A DNA stretch of 63,996 nucleotides, counting the filler, from Chrysochromulina tobinii (Eukaryota), in the NCBI GenBank assembly GCA_001275005.1. It is 11 parts of 11 records of this genome, joined end to end, with 100 filler letters (N's around TTAATTAATTAA, not from the genome) between each part and the next. Parts side by side here need not be neighbours in the genome. Positions count along the whole stretch, not along the records: positions 21,488 to 24,093 come from JWZX01000155.1; positions 24,194 to 34,652 come from JWZX01000156.1; 9 more parts are not named here. One strand, 5' to 3'. Within the stretch, counting starts at the first letter, position 1, and each line of letters opens with the position of its first letter. Position numbers and translations under genes: made by a program. Below are positions 23,391 to 33,123 of the stretch, piece by piece. Under the pieces are notes generated by a model, which saw only the letters and a list, made by a program, of their open reading frames with translations, did no database searches and had not been told where the DNA came from.

Positions 23391-24093
23391 CATCCTGCGG
23401 TGGTTGCCCTGGCGGATGCGCGGCTGATGGTGATGAACTTAACGAGGAGATTGGGGAGTTATAGCGTACAAGACGCAGTGGTTAGCATGTAAATTCGTAC
23501 ATTGGCGATACACGGTGGAAGTATAAAGTATAGATCATCATCATAGTATAGCATACTACTCACCTTGACGCGGACGTGAACACGTGATCGGACACGCGAC
23601 TGTCATAGCGGTGGGGGTAGGGTGAAAGTGAGGGCATTTTGGCGTAAGACGGTAAAAGTGTGCAGCTGCACAAGATTCGCGTAAAACGGTAAAAGTCCTC
23701 GTGCCTCCGTATCCAGGGTAAAAGCAGGGTAAAAGCCACTTTTACTGAAAGCACCAGTAGACTTCGCTTAATTATAAATTAAACCGCCGAGCGTGAATCT
23801 GAATGTAATTCATGAACAGGAGACTTCACACCGTTCCTGTATTCCTGCATTGCGTGCCCGACCGAGACGCACTTTTTCGGACATGGAGCCTCCGTCCACT
23901 CAGCCGTTCGCCCACACGCCAACAGGAGCGACGCCCAGAGCTCATGCTGGAGGGCGTGCTACAAGTTGGCACTCGCCACTGCCGCCGCCCTCGCCGCCTC
24001 CGCCTCCGCCCTCGCCCCCGCCGCCCTCTCCCCCCCCACCACCCTCGCCGCCGCCGCCGCCGCCTCCGCCCTCGAAGCCGCCGCACCCGCCCT

Positions 24094-24193
24094 NNNNNNN
24101 NNNNNNNNNNNNNNNNNNNNNNNNNNNNNNNNNNNNNTTAATTAATTAANNNNNNNNNNNNNNNNNNNNNNNNNNNNNNNNNNNNNNNNNNNN
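24094..24193. other. Artificial contig linker
   Basis: 44 N + TTAATTAATTAA + 44 N. Confidence 0.99.
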
Positions 24194-24880
24194 GGTCAAA
24201 GCAGAGGCACCCGCACCCATGCCACCTCGGATGCGCAAAATCCCCACCAGTCGCTCCCCTGCCGCCTCTGCCGACGCCGCCTCTGCCTCCGTCGCCGCTC
24301 CGGCCGCCGGCAGCGCAACGTCCGTCTTCTTCCGCCTACGGTTGGCGGCCCTGGCGATGAGCTTGGGGATCTTGGTGCACGAGATGATGAAGATGTGCAC
24401 GGCGGAGATAACCACGAAGAGCCAGAGGCGAGGATTCGTGAGGAACCAATGCAGAACTATGAGGATAGAGAGCGCGCCGTCCTTGTCGCGGTTGAACGCA
24501 TTGAACGCCAAGAGCTCCTCGATGAATCGAATGGCCGCGTCGATGAAATACCACACGGTGGCGCGCGGCTTCGCCCACTGGCTTTGCTTCAGGGCACCCA
24601 TCATGCCATCGAGAGGGCAAGTGCGAGAGATGAGCCCCATCGCAGGCTCACGCATCCACTGGGTGCCATGGGCGGTGAAATCGGCGGGGAAAGCGACGCC
24701 GCTGCTTACCGTGGCTGCTGCCGCAGCAAGCGACGAGTTGTAGGGCGGCGGGGCTGAACAACGGGCCTGAGTGGCATTATCGCCGCCGGCCGAGCCGATC
24801 ATCGGGGTCGAAACCTTGCCCAGGAGCGGATCGAGTCGAATTGAGACCGTCAAGAGCGCGAGGAGAGAACTGTAGGCCAT
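24194..24880 (-). CDS. Hypothetical membrane protein with an internal LRIRGG motif; 3' truncated
   Basis: Hydrophobic N-terminus MAYSSLLALLTV, TM-like ALSILIVLHWF and LWLFVVISAVHIFII, basic RRRKK; open into the gap. Confidence 0.55.
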
Positions 24881-25068
24881 TGACGCGATGCTGTTCAACA
24901 CAACGCGTCATAGTTTTCAGATACAGTAGTTTCGTCGCATTACCCGCGCTCACCCGTCGTGATGCTTCCGCTCGATTTAGCGAACTACTTGACTGAAGAC
25001 CGTAAATCACTACATGTACATTTACATTGTGCGCTATGGCCGCCTTCACGAGCTACATTTCACGAGCA

Positions 25069-28000
25069 TCACGCGTCAGCAGCAACGACGACGCACGCCT
25101 TGTTCTCGGAGCCCCCAGGCCGCAAGCGCACGCAGAAGCGCTGCGGCGGCGCAGAGGCAGTAGCTCTGCCCACGGGCTGCTCTTCGAGCTCAAACCTCTG
25201 GTCGCCGCCGCCCGCGTCCCCGCCTTGCTCCTCGCAAGCCCATGCAGCGAAGCTCGCCGCCTCTGCAAAGAAGCGAAGGCACACGCCCGGGTCGGCTTGC
25301 CAATGAAAGGTGCCAGCAGCGACGACGGCCGCCGCTGTGCCGTGCGTGGGCGCAAAGGACCATCGCTGAGCCATGTCGTGCACGGCACATCGGGCGGGCT
25401 CGAGCATGCGAAAGCGTCCCGGCGCTCGTAGGCACATTGGGGTTGCGGGAGGAGGCAGCTCGCTGTCGCCTCCTAATGGGACGGTCGCCGCTGCGGAGAC
25501 GAAGGCGACGGTGATGGCGGCCGGCTGAGGGGCGGCTTGCAGGCAGCGGCGCATCTCAAATCGCGTGGCTGCCGCGAGTGAGACACAGTAGCGGCGGGCG
25601 GCACCGTCCCATGCGAAGCGTTGGCTCTGGCTCAGTAGCGGGTCACCTGCGAGGGATGCCTGGCCCGAGGCGATCCTTAAGCACGGGCGCACATGTGCGA
25701 GCTGCTGCTGCGCGGAGCTGAGCGAGCTGAGCTCGAGGCACTGGCCCGGCGGCAGGATGGACGGGGCGAAGCTGCCGCCGCTGTGATTGAAGCGCCAGAG
25801 CTGTGAAGGGTCGGTGGATGAGCACGGCTTCGCGGCCACAGCTGCGCCCGGCGCGCTATTGGAATCGCTCTCCGTTGTAGACGGTGCGAGGGCGAGACAG
25901 AGCGCATCGCCCGCCCAAGAGAGGAGCACCGCCCCGTCGGAGGCTGCCGGCTGCACGCACGCGATGCCCGCTGAGGAGGCAGTGCACAGCTTGCCGCCAC
26001 TCGTAGCCGCAGCAGCAGAGGCCGAATCGGCGGCAGCTGCCACCGCCATCGGGCTCATGAAGCGCTGGTTTGGCTTGTTCGGAGCATCACATGGCCAAGT
26101 TCCCCACTGGCCTCCGTTGCTCGCAAAGCGGTCGAGGCACAGATGAAGCACCCCTGCCGTCGAGGCGTAGTGGAGGGTCGCAGCGGAGCCGCTCGCCACG
26201 ACGCCCTGGGGCCAAGTGAGTTGCCAGCGCTGCTGCGGGCTCGGGCTGCAACTGGTCTCGAGCAAAGGCTGCATCGGCGCCTCCACCTGCAGGCAGCTCG
26301 CACTCCCTTCGGCGTGCAGCTGAATCGGAGGGCCCGCGCCGCGGCTCTCGCTCGCATCAGCGTCCCTAGTGCCAGCAGCAGCTGTGGCATCGCCGCCGTC
26401 GAAGGCGAGGGCTCGCGTCGGCTCGGACATCCGCTGAGTGAGGCAGGTGGCGGGCAGGGCGAGGAGGCAGAAGCGGCGAGCTAGAGGCTCGAAGACGAAC
26501 TCGGAGTGCGCAAACTCGCAAGCCCACACCCCAAAGCTGCCCAGGTCGGCAAACCAAGTCAGGCATTGGGAAGGATCGTTTGCGCGTCGCAGCTCCTTCG
26601 CTGCAGACTCCCACTGCCACAGCTGTCGCGACTGGTCGTCGTTACTCACGTCGCCACCGCCACCCTCGTGATCTTCACATGGCTCCCTTGCCACAATGGC
26701 GAGCGCGCCGCGGTACGCAAGGCACCCAGCGTGCGGTGGCTGCTGCAGCTGCACACGCTGCCCCTGCGCCGGCAGCGCCGCCGCCGCCATCACCGCCGCT
26801 TCTAGACCGGTGGCGGGGGCCACCGAGGGAGGCGGACGAGCGATGTGCCTCCCCACGCCCTCTGCCACCGCCCCGTCGACCGCCAAGTCTGAAACCGCCA
26901 AGACTGGCATGAGCATGGGAGCTGGCGACGGGGGCGACAGCGCGGCGCGCAGCGCGGCGCTCGTCTCGGCCCGCCCCACGAGCCCACGCGCCGCCTCGGC
27001 CGCATCCAGGGCCATCCGCTCGTCCGTGTATGCCCCCGCGATTCGATACTTGTGTTGGAGGTAGTGGCCGATGGCGTGGTGCTCGCGCGCACTCAGGACA
27101 CGGTTGTAGTGGATCACCTCGGCCACGTCGCCGTGGAACCGGCGTGTGCGGCTGCTGCCCGAGCCGCCTATCTGCGCGAGGCCGGAGCCCGCCGTGGCAC
27201 TGGAGACAAAGTCAGCAACCGCCGCGGGCGCGCCGTCGAACCACGCGTGGTAGGCGCCGTGGTCGCTGTCCACAGTCACCACGAGCACGTGTAGCGCGCC
27301 ATCGTCCATCTTGTCGGCCGTGAACCCGTTGAGGTACTCGCCTTCACCGGGCTGCCCTCGACCACCGTATGCGGCGGCGCCGGGCTGGCCGACGACACCC
27401 GCGATGCAGAGCACGCCTGCCCAGAAAGCGGGCTCGCCCAGGCAGTACAGGGGCTTCACCTTGGAGCCGCGCCCGGGGAAGCCATCACGGCGCGTTCGAC
27501 CGACGAGCAGGACGCTCATCGAGTCGCTCGGTACGACGCTCAGGCCGGCGGCCTCAAGGAAGGCTGCACCGGGCGCGTACTCGAACCGGACCATGGCGCG
27601 GCCCGAGTGCTCGTCGTGACGCAGCCGAGGGCCGTCGCTCACTGCATCACCAGCGGCGGCGGCCGCGGCAGCGCCCACACCCTCCAAGACACGACCCTCC
27701 AAGTCCGCTGAAGCATCGTCCTCGGTCACGGCGAGAGGGTCGGAGCGGTCGGCGGGTGTGCCGCCCCTCCGACGTGCGTGGTGCCCATGCCCACTCTGAT
27801 CGCGCCACTCATGCACTGGCGCCCCCTCCAAGAGGCCCATCACCTCGAGGCTCGACGCATCCAGATGCAACACCAACGTGGACGACGCACACGGGCCTGT
27901 GAAACTGACCTCGTTCAGGCGGAAGCAGTTGCGCTCGGCGCGCCGCGCATTGCTCACCGTGTGCACGAGCAGCCGGTACTCGCGGAAGTCGCCTGGACGG

Positions 28001-28830
28001 CGCACCTCGTAGCTCTGCCTCTGCGGCTGGTCGCACGTGTGCTGACGCTTGCGAGAGGCACCCAGGGCGGCGCTGCAGCTGATGCCGGCATCCTGCCGTA
28101 TCCGAAGGAGGGTCGTGTATGGCTCGTGTGGCTCGGAGCGCCCTTGCAGCTCCCACGAGCGCGGATAGTCCGCCGGCGCGTCCGAGGAGAGCGTGATCGT
28201 CGCGACCGCCGTCGGCGTGTCGAAGGTGAAGCCGAGCGTCCAGGGGCTCATCGGCAGGCCGCAGCTCGAGTGGAAGAAGGTGAACTCGTCGCCGTCGAAG
28301 GCGTGAACGGCGGGGTGGCGCTCGAGGCCATCACTCCCTCGGTACACGCTTGACGCGTGCGCGGCGCGGCCGCTGCTGCTCGCGGTCTGCACGGTGCACG
28401 CGGACTGCGACGTCAGCAGCTCGACGGCAGCGTCCTGCAACGCCACGTGCTCGGCACCATCGTTGCCGCCGACCTCGTGGTCCGCAACGACGCGGACGCG
28501 GGCAGCACCGACAATGTTCGGTGCCTTATCTGCGTCCACTTCAACTGGCTCCACGGGGTCCTCTCGAATCTGCATCGAGGGCAAATCAGGCGCGGCAGCG
28601 GGCACGGCTGTGGGTGGAGGAGAAGTCGATGGCGGACGAGGCGTCGGCGACGATGAGGATGAGGTGACGGGTCCTGCTTTGGCGTCGCCTTCGAGGAAGC
28701 GGTCGGCACAGAGCAGGAATAGCAGGAGCCAGCAGAAGAGGCCACCGACGACGTGGCGCTTCTTACAGCGCACCATTGGCGGAGGGCAGCGCTGACGACC
28801 TACACCCTGTCGTGATTGGACAAATTGCAT
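25069..28830 (-). CDS. Membrane-anchored or secreted multi-lectin protein (F5/8C discoidin-like, ConA/LamG-like, ricin-B-like repeats)
   Basis: N-terminal TM; HAFDGD..TFFHS, YPRSWELQG; LVLHLDAS..WRDQSGHGHHA, FHGDVAEVIHYNRVLS; repeated CL..C..Q.W motifs. Confidence 0.75.
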   Translation of the reverse strand: MQFVQSRQGVGRQRCPPPMVRCKKRHVVGGLFCWLLLFLLCADRFLEGDAKAGPVTSSSSSPTPRPPSTSPPPTAVPAAAPDLPSMQIREDPVEPVEVDADKAPNIVGAARVRVVADHEVGGNDGAEHVALQDAAVELLTSQSACTVQTASSSGRAAHASSVYRGSDGLERHPAVHAFDGDEFTFFHSSCGLPMSPWTLGFTFDTPTAVATITLSSDAPADYPRSWELQGRSEPHEPYTTLLRIRQDAGISCSAALGASRKRQHTCDQPQRQSYEVRRPGDFREYRLLVHTVSNARRAERNCFRLNEVSFTGPCASSTLVLHLDASSLEVMGLLEGAPVHEWRDQSGHGHHARRRGGTPADRSDPLAVTEDDASADLEGRVLEGVGAAAAAAAGDAVSDGPRLRHDEHSGRAMVRFEYAPGAAFLEAAGLSVVPSDSMSVLLVGRTRRDGFPGRGSKVKPLYCLGEPAFWAGVLCIAGVVGQPGAAAYGGRGQPGEGEYLNGFTADKMDDGALHVLVVTVDSDHGAYHAWFDGAPAAVADFVSSATAGSGLAQIGGSGSSRTRRFHGDVAEVIHYNRVLSAREHHAIGHYLQHKYRIAGAYTDERMALDAAEAARGLVGRAETSAALRAALSPPSPAPMLMPVLAVSDLAVDGAVAEGVGRHIARPPPSVAPATGLEAAVMAAAALPAQGQRVQLQQPPHAGCLAYRGALAIVAREPCEDHEGGGGDVSNDDQSRQLWQWESAAKELRRANDPSQCLTWFADLGSFGVWACEFAHSEFVFEPLARRFCLLALPATCLTQRMSEPTRALAFDGGDATAAAGTRDADASESRGAGPPIQLHAEGSASCLQVEAPMQPLLETSCSPSPQQRWQLTWPQGVVASGSAATLHYASTAGVLHLCLDRFASNGGQWGTWPCDAPNKPNQRFMSPMAVAAAADSASAAAATSGGKLCTASSAGIACVQPAASDGAVLLSWAGDALCLALAPSTTESDSNSAPGAAVAAKPCSSTDPSQLWRFNHSGGSFAPSILPPGQCLELSSLSSAQQQLAHVRPCLRIASGQASLAGDPLLSQSQRFAWDGAARRYCVSLAAATRFEMRRCLQAAPQPAAITVAFVSAAATVPLGGDSELPPPATPMCLRAPGRFRMLEPARCAVHDMAQRWSFAPTHGTAAAVVAAGTFHWQADPGVCLRFFAEAASFAAWACEEQGGDAGGGDQRFELEEQPVGRATASAPPQRFCVRLRPGGSENKACVVVAADA

Positions 28831-28976
28831 GCTATCATAATGATCTTTCTCAATTTAGACTCGACCCCGCTTCAGACTCGACCCCGCACGGCATGTGTTC
28901 ACACCGTATGCCGCACGCGATTTGTCGAGGCGCTAGCGCTCGTGGCGTGCGCTGCGCGCGCACCCCTCACGCCGCC

Positions 28977-29543
28977 ATGTCGCTCGATGCGGCTGTCACG
29001 AGTGCGATCGCGGCGCTACCCGAGGCCGAGCGCGCGCTCGGCGAAGCGCTCTCGCAGGACGCGATCGCGACTGGTCAGACCGACCTGCTCGCTGTGAGCA
29101 ACGGCCACGTCCATCTGGTGCAGAACGCCAGCCGCGGCGCACGATGCCTCAAGTTTGCATGGTCTCAGAGCGACGAAGAGGTGATGATCATCGTCAAGGT
29201 GCCGAGCGGCACCAAGGCCAAGGCCGTCAAGCTCGACGTGGGTACGAGGAGGCTGACGCTCGCTGTGCTCGGCGAGGTGATCATCAGTGGCGATCTTGCC
29301 CATATGGTGCTACCCGAGGGCTGCACCTTCGGCATCGAGGATGCGACGGACGGCGGCAGGCTGGTGACTGTCACGCTCGCAAAATCGGGCAAGCCAGAGT
29401 GGAAGACGGTGTGTGTGGGCGGTCCGGAGCTGCCGAGCATCACCAAGGGCACGAGCGTCGACTCGAGCGACCTAAGCGTGGAGCAGCGTGCTGAGCTGAT
29501 GAGGAGCTGCGGCGTCGAATTAGCGTTCAATAAAGCCAGTTAA
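28977..29543 (+). CDS. CS/p23 (NudC-like) domain protein
   Basis: FAWSQSDEEVMIIVKVPSGTKAKAVKL..LTL..IISGDL..V.PEGCTF..VTLAK..W. Confidence 0.8.
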   Translation: MSLDAAVTSAIAALPEAERALGEALSQDAIATGQTDLLAVSNGHVHLVQNASRGARCLKFAWSQSDEEVMIIVKVPSGTKAKAVKLDVGTRRLTLAVLGEVIISGDLAHMVLPEGCTFGIEDATDGGRLVTVTLAKSGKPEWKTVCVGGPELPSITKGTSVDSSDLSVEQRAELMRSCGVELAFNKAS

Positions 29544-29580
29544 CGTCTCGAAGAAAACATTCAGCCTCGGTCGCTCACTT

Positions 29581-30318
29581 TTACAACCCACGTGAGTACA
29601 GGAATGCCGGCCCTTGATCGGGAATGTACAGCTCTTGCTTGGCTCGAGTTGCCTGGAGCTCGTCCAGATCGGCGATGAATGCAAAGGGATCGGGCTTCGC
29701 GGCGTGTCCAGCCAAGCGGGAGCCGCCGTCCACGCAACGCATGTGGGCCATTCCCGGGATCTGGTAGCGCTGCGAGATGATCCGCGCGCCTGCAACCAAG
29801 GCCCTCTCGAAGAGAGGCAGCAAGGCCTCGAGTTGTCGAGGCACAAGGAAGCAGAAGATGACGGTGGCGGCGTTGAAGTCGGGAGTGAGCATGTAGCGCG
29901 AGATGCCCGACTCGGTGAGCGTGAGCCGGTCTGGCCCGATGCCAGAGGAGACGGCGAGCGCGCGTGCGCTCGCGACGCGCTCCGAATCAATCTCGCAGCC
30001 GCAGCCTGTGCAATTTGTGAGTGTGATGATGCCACACAGAAGCGCGCCGTCACCAAAGCCCAAGTCGCAAACGACATCACTCGCCAATATCGACCCGAGG
30101 GTCACCAGCCTCGCGTACTGCTCACACGGCGTGGCCACGAACGGTGAGAAGCATGCTCTCTCGATTTCATCGGCGGCGGCCACATTGCCTGCCTCGTCGA
30201 TTGATGCTCCGCCAAGTGCTCCTTCGGCCAAGTGCTTTCTGAGCGACGCTGCTGCACAGTCCGCTGGTCCGGGTCGGACTGCGTTCGGGACCCTTTGTGG
30301 CTGGCATGGACCGTGCAT
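29581..30318 (-). CDS. Class I SAM-dependent methyltransferase (FAM173-like)
   Basis: SPFVATP, DVVCDLGFGDG, GCEID, ATVIFCFL, GARIIS..YQIPG. Confidence 0.8.
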   Translation of the reverse strand: MHGPCQPQRVPNAVRPGPADCAAASLRKHLAEGALGGASIDEAGNVAAADEIERACFSPFVATPCEQYARLVTLGSILASDVVCDLGFGDGALLCGIITLTNCTGCGCEIDSERVASARALAVSSGIGPDRLTLTESGISRYMLTPDFNAATVIFCFLVPRQLEALLPLFERALVAGARIISQRYQIPGMAHMRCVDGGSRLAGHAAKPDPFAFIADLDELQATRAKQELYIPDQGPAFLYSRGL

Positions 30319-30683
30319 GCGGCGGCCGGCAAGGTCACATGCAATGTCAGGGACGTGTGAACGTTAACACGACAGACGCGACAACCAATGCTACGTGTGT
30401 ACTCCTCCCGCGACGTCAAAACTGTCAAACTCCTAAAAGCGATCTCGGGCGCCCACCCCGACGCGGGTGCTCAATGCAGGGACCGCGTGAAGCTCAGTAA
30501 AATCACGACGCGGTCCCGGCTCAAGTGTGTGGTCTCTGGTTTTGATTTGAGGGCTCAGTCCCGTGACTGTCCCGCGACACCTTTCTCAAGGTAAACGTAA
30601 AGGTCCAGCACTCACCACTCTCACAGGTTGGAACGAGCAGGGCTCGCATTGAGGGCTCGATGACCTCTCTTTCGCGCGGCCTC

Positions 30684-31496
30684 TCAAGAAAGGGGCACCG
30701 CAGCAGTTCCCTTTGCCCCCAACTTGAGAATCTCGACAAATGTGAAGAACCACTCGGCCTCCGCCGCCTCGCTTTTGCACACGACATCCGTCTGGACACC
30801 TGCCGCGTCGAGGAGCCTCTCAGGCAGCAGCACGGCGAGCTTCTCCATGAGAGCCTCCCTGCTCTTGACAAAGAGAGCGTGGCGCACCTGCTGCAAGCCT
30901 GCCTCGATGCCAAAGTGCTCAAAGGCCGCCGTCATCGACTGGAAGTGGCGCGCTGCTTCGGCGCCCTTGGCCTTCGTGACGAGCGCCAGCCCATCTACCT
31001 CTCGAATCTCGCACTGGAAGACGATGAGCGGGCCACTGAGGTACCGCTGCGTGAGCTCCAGATCGATGCCAAGATCCGAGAGCACCTTGGGAAGCTTGAC
31101 AATCAAGCCTGTGGCCACCTCTTTGCACACCCGCTCGTCTTTCACCACCCTCTGCGCCAACTTCGTCGCCGCGCGCCCTGCGAATCCGAAGCCCATCTTC
31201 TCGCCCACCTTGGATGCGACCACCTCATCCTTGTTGAGCACGATCACGTTCAGAAAGAAGACGGGCCGCTCGGCAGCGGCAGCGCTCGCGGCGCTCGTCG
31301 TCGTGCTACGAGAGGAAGCTGCGGGCGTTGATGAGGCCTTGGCGATTGATTGCTGCTGCTGGGCGAGCTTTGACTCCAGCTCAATTATTTTGTGCTTCGA
31401 AGCGGTGAGCTCGGCATCCTTTGCGTCAAGGGTGGCTTGGTATATCTCATCGAGCCTCGGGGTGGCCTCGGAGCCGCACGTGGAGCCCATGTCCAT
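30684..31496 (-). CDS. Hypothetical protein with a short coiled coil
   Basis: About 270-aa ORF with GC3-biased codons; MGSTCGS possible acylation motif; no recognised domain. Confidence 0.6.
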   Translation of the reverse strand: MDMGSTCGSEATPRLDEIYQATLDAKDAELTASKHKIIELESKLAQQQQSIAKASSTPAASSRSTTTSAASAAAAERPVFFLNVIVLNKDEVVASKVGEKMGFGFAGRAATKLAQRVVKDERVCKEVATGLIVKLPKVLSDLGIDLELTQRYLSGPLIVFQCEIREVDGLALVTKAKGAEAARHFQSMTAAFEHFGIEAGLQQVRHALFVKSREALMEKLAVLLPERLLDAAGVQTDVVCKSEAAEAEWFFTFVEILKLGAKGTAAVPLS

Positions 31497-31635
31497 GTAC
31501 GGTTTTCGAGCTCCAATTACGTGAATTGAAAGCTGAAGACGGTATGAAGAGTTCAAGACGACGCTTAAGGCACTTTCGCTGTGCGAGCCCCCCCCCTTTC
31601 TGCTGCTGGTGCGTTTCGCTTTTTAACCGCCAAAA

Positions 31636-32574
31636 GTGGCAACATGTTCCAAAAAACCGGAACGCGGAGCGATGCGGAGCGGAACTATGTTCGCGGAGGA
31701 GCGTCGACAGCAAACTCGGCAGCAGACTCGGCAGCAAACCAGGCAACCCACCAGGCAGACGCCCACCGAATCGCTCAGCGCATTCCTGAACCGCTGCGCT
31801 ATCGACGTGGAACCGCCGCGTGCGCGCCCTCGCCGTGAGCCTCAACATGCACTCTCGACTTCTGCCATAGCCACCAATGACGCGGTCGCGGCGGCCATGG
31901 CCTCGCTTGCGAACGCGTCTGAAACCTTAAACACAGTATCCTCCTTGCTTTCGACCTATGCTTCTGGCCTCTCCCAGGAGGAACGGGAGTGGCCACCGCT
32001 GCTATCCACTGCTGAGGCCGAGCTCACCGAAGCCATGCTCATCCCGAAGTTTCTCAGCGAGGCCGACGTATCGCAGCTCTTTGAGGCCGCATCCAGAAAA
32101 CCTCACGATCTGACCTACTCACCCGCCCACGTTGCCCTCAACCTGCACCGGGACGGCTACCTTGCCAGCCAGTGCCCGGAGCTGGCTTCAAGGATCACAG
32201 ACAGCATCCGAGATCATGCCCATGGGCCGGGCTACTTTTCGGTGGCAGTGGGGCGCGACGTGTGCCTGAACGTGCGGTGCGTCGAATTCCACACCTACAC
32301 AATAGGCGGCCATGTGATGATGCAGGATCATCGGGACTATGGGTCTGTCTTCACTCTGTCGGTCCTCCTCTCTGACCCGGCCGACTTTGATGGCGGCGAG
32401 CTGATGACGTGGCGCGAGGGCCAGGCCGAGAAGCACCCGATGCGGCGTGGCGACGCCCTGCTCTTCCACTCGGAAAAGGTGCACAATGTGGCTGCTGTCA
32501 CACGTGGGCTGCGCAACTCACTCGTCATCGAGTTGTGGCAAGGGCCGTGCAATCTGAGGGACCGTTATTCCTGA
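31636..32574 (+). CDS. 2OG-Fe(II) oxygenase (PKHD/prolyl-hydroxylase-like)
   Basis: HxD (HRD), TLSVLLSDP.DFDGGEL, GDALLF, distal H (VHNV) and R.S (RNSLV); start uncertain. Confidence 0.85.
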   Translation: MATCSKKPERGAMRSGTMFAEERRQQTRQQTRQQTRQPTRQTPTESLSAFLNRCAIDVEPPRARPRREPQHALSTSAIATNDAVAAAMASLANASETLNTVSSLLSTYASGLSQEEREWPPLLSTAEAELTEAMLIPKFLSEADVSQLFEAASRKPHDLTYSPAHVALNLHRDGYLASQCPELASRITDSIRDHAHGPGYFSVAVGRDVCLNVRCVEFHTYTIGGHVMMQDHRDYGSVFTLSVLLSDPADFDGGELMTWREGQAEKHPMRRGDALLFHSEKVHNVAAVTRGLRNSLVIELWQGPCNLRDRYS

Positions 32575-33123
32575 AAAAACTCCCGTCATTGAATTTTCCG
32601 ACGACGGCGTCGGGGAACGGGGAAGAAAAATAATGTACAACCGAACCCACGGGGTACTAATGTAGGACCCACTGTATACCACGCATCATACTTGGATCTC
32701 CGGAGCCCTCGGCTCACCTCGTGGAACCCTTGCATGCCCCAGCTCGTAGATCTGGCTCCTCCCGGTAAGGCTGAAGGCTGAAAGGTGTTCTTCTTGAATG
32801 TCTCACAGGAAACACACACTTCGCTTCGCGCGCGGAGAGTCCGCGCACGGTCATCAATAACATCAACCGGTACGGCGCTTGACGTAACCTACGTGCATGC
32901 GGCAGGGCACTGTTCCTTCGGGTTCGGTTAATCTCCCGTATCTCCGTACCCTATCTGTACCTACTCGCAATGCTAACGTTACAGCGTGCGTGACCCATGA
33001 CCGGGGTCACAGCGTCACACACGACTGCCACGTCTGCGCATCCATGTCGCACGTCACGACCACGTCCTGCGCGTGGTCCAGGTTCAGCTCGCCGAGCGAG
33101 CGTCGTGTGCGCTCTTGCGCATG

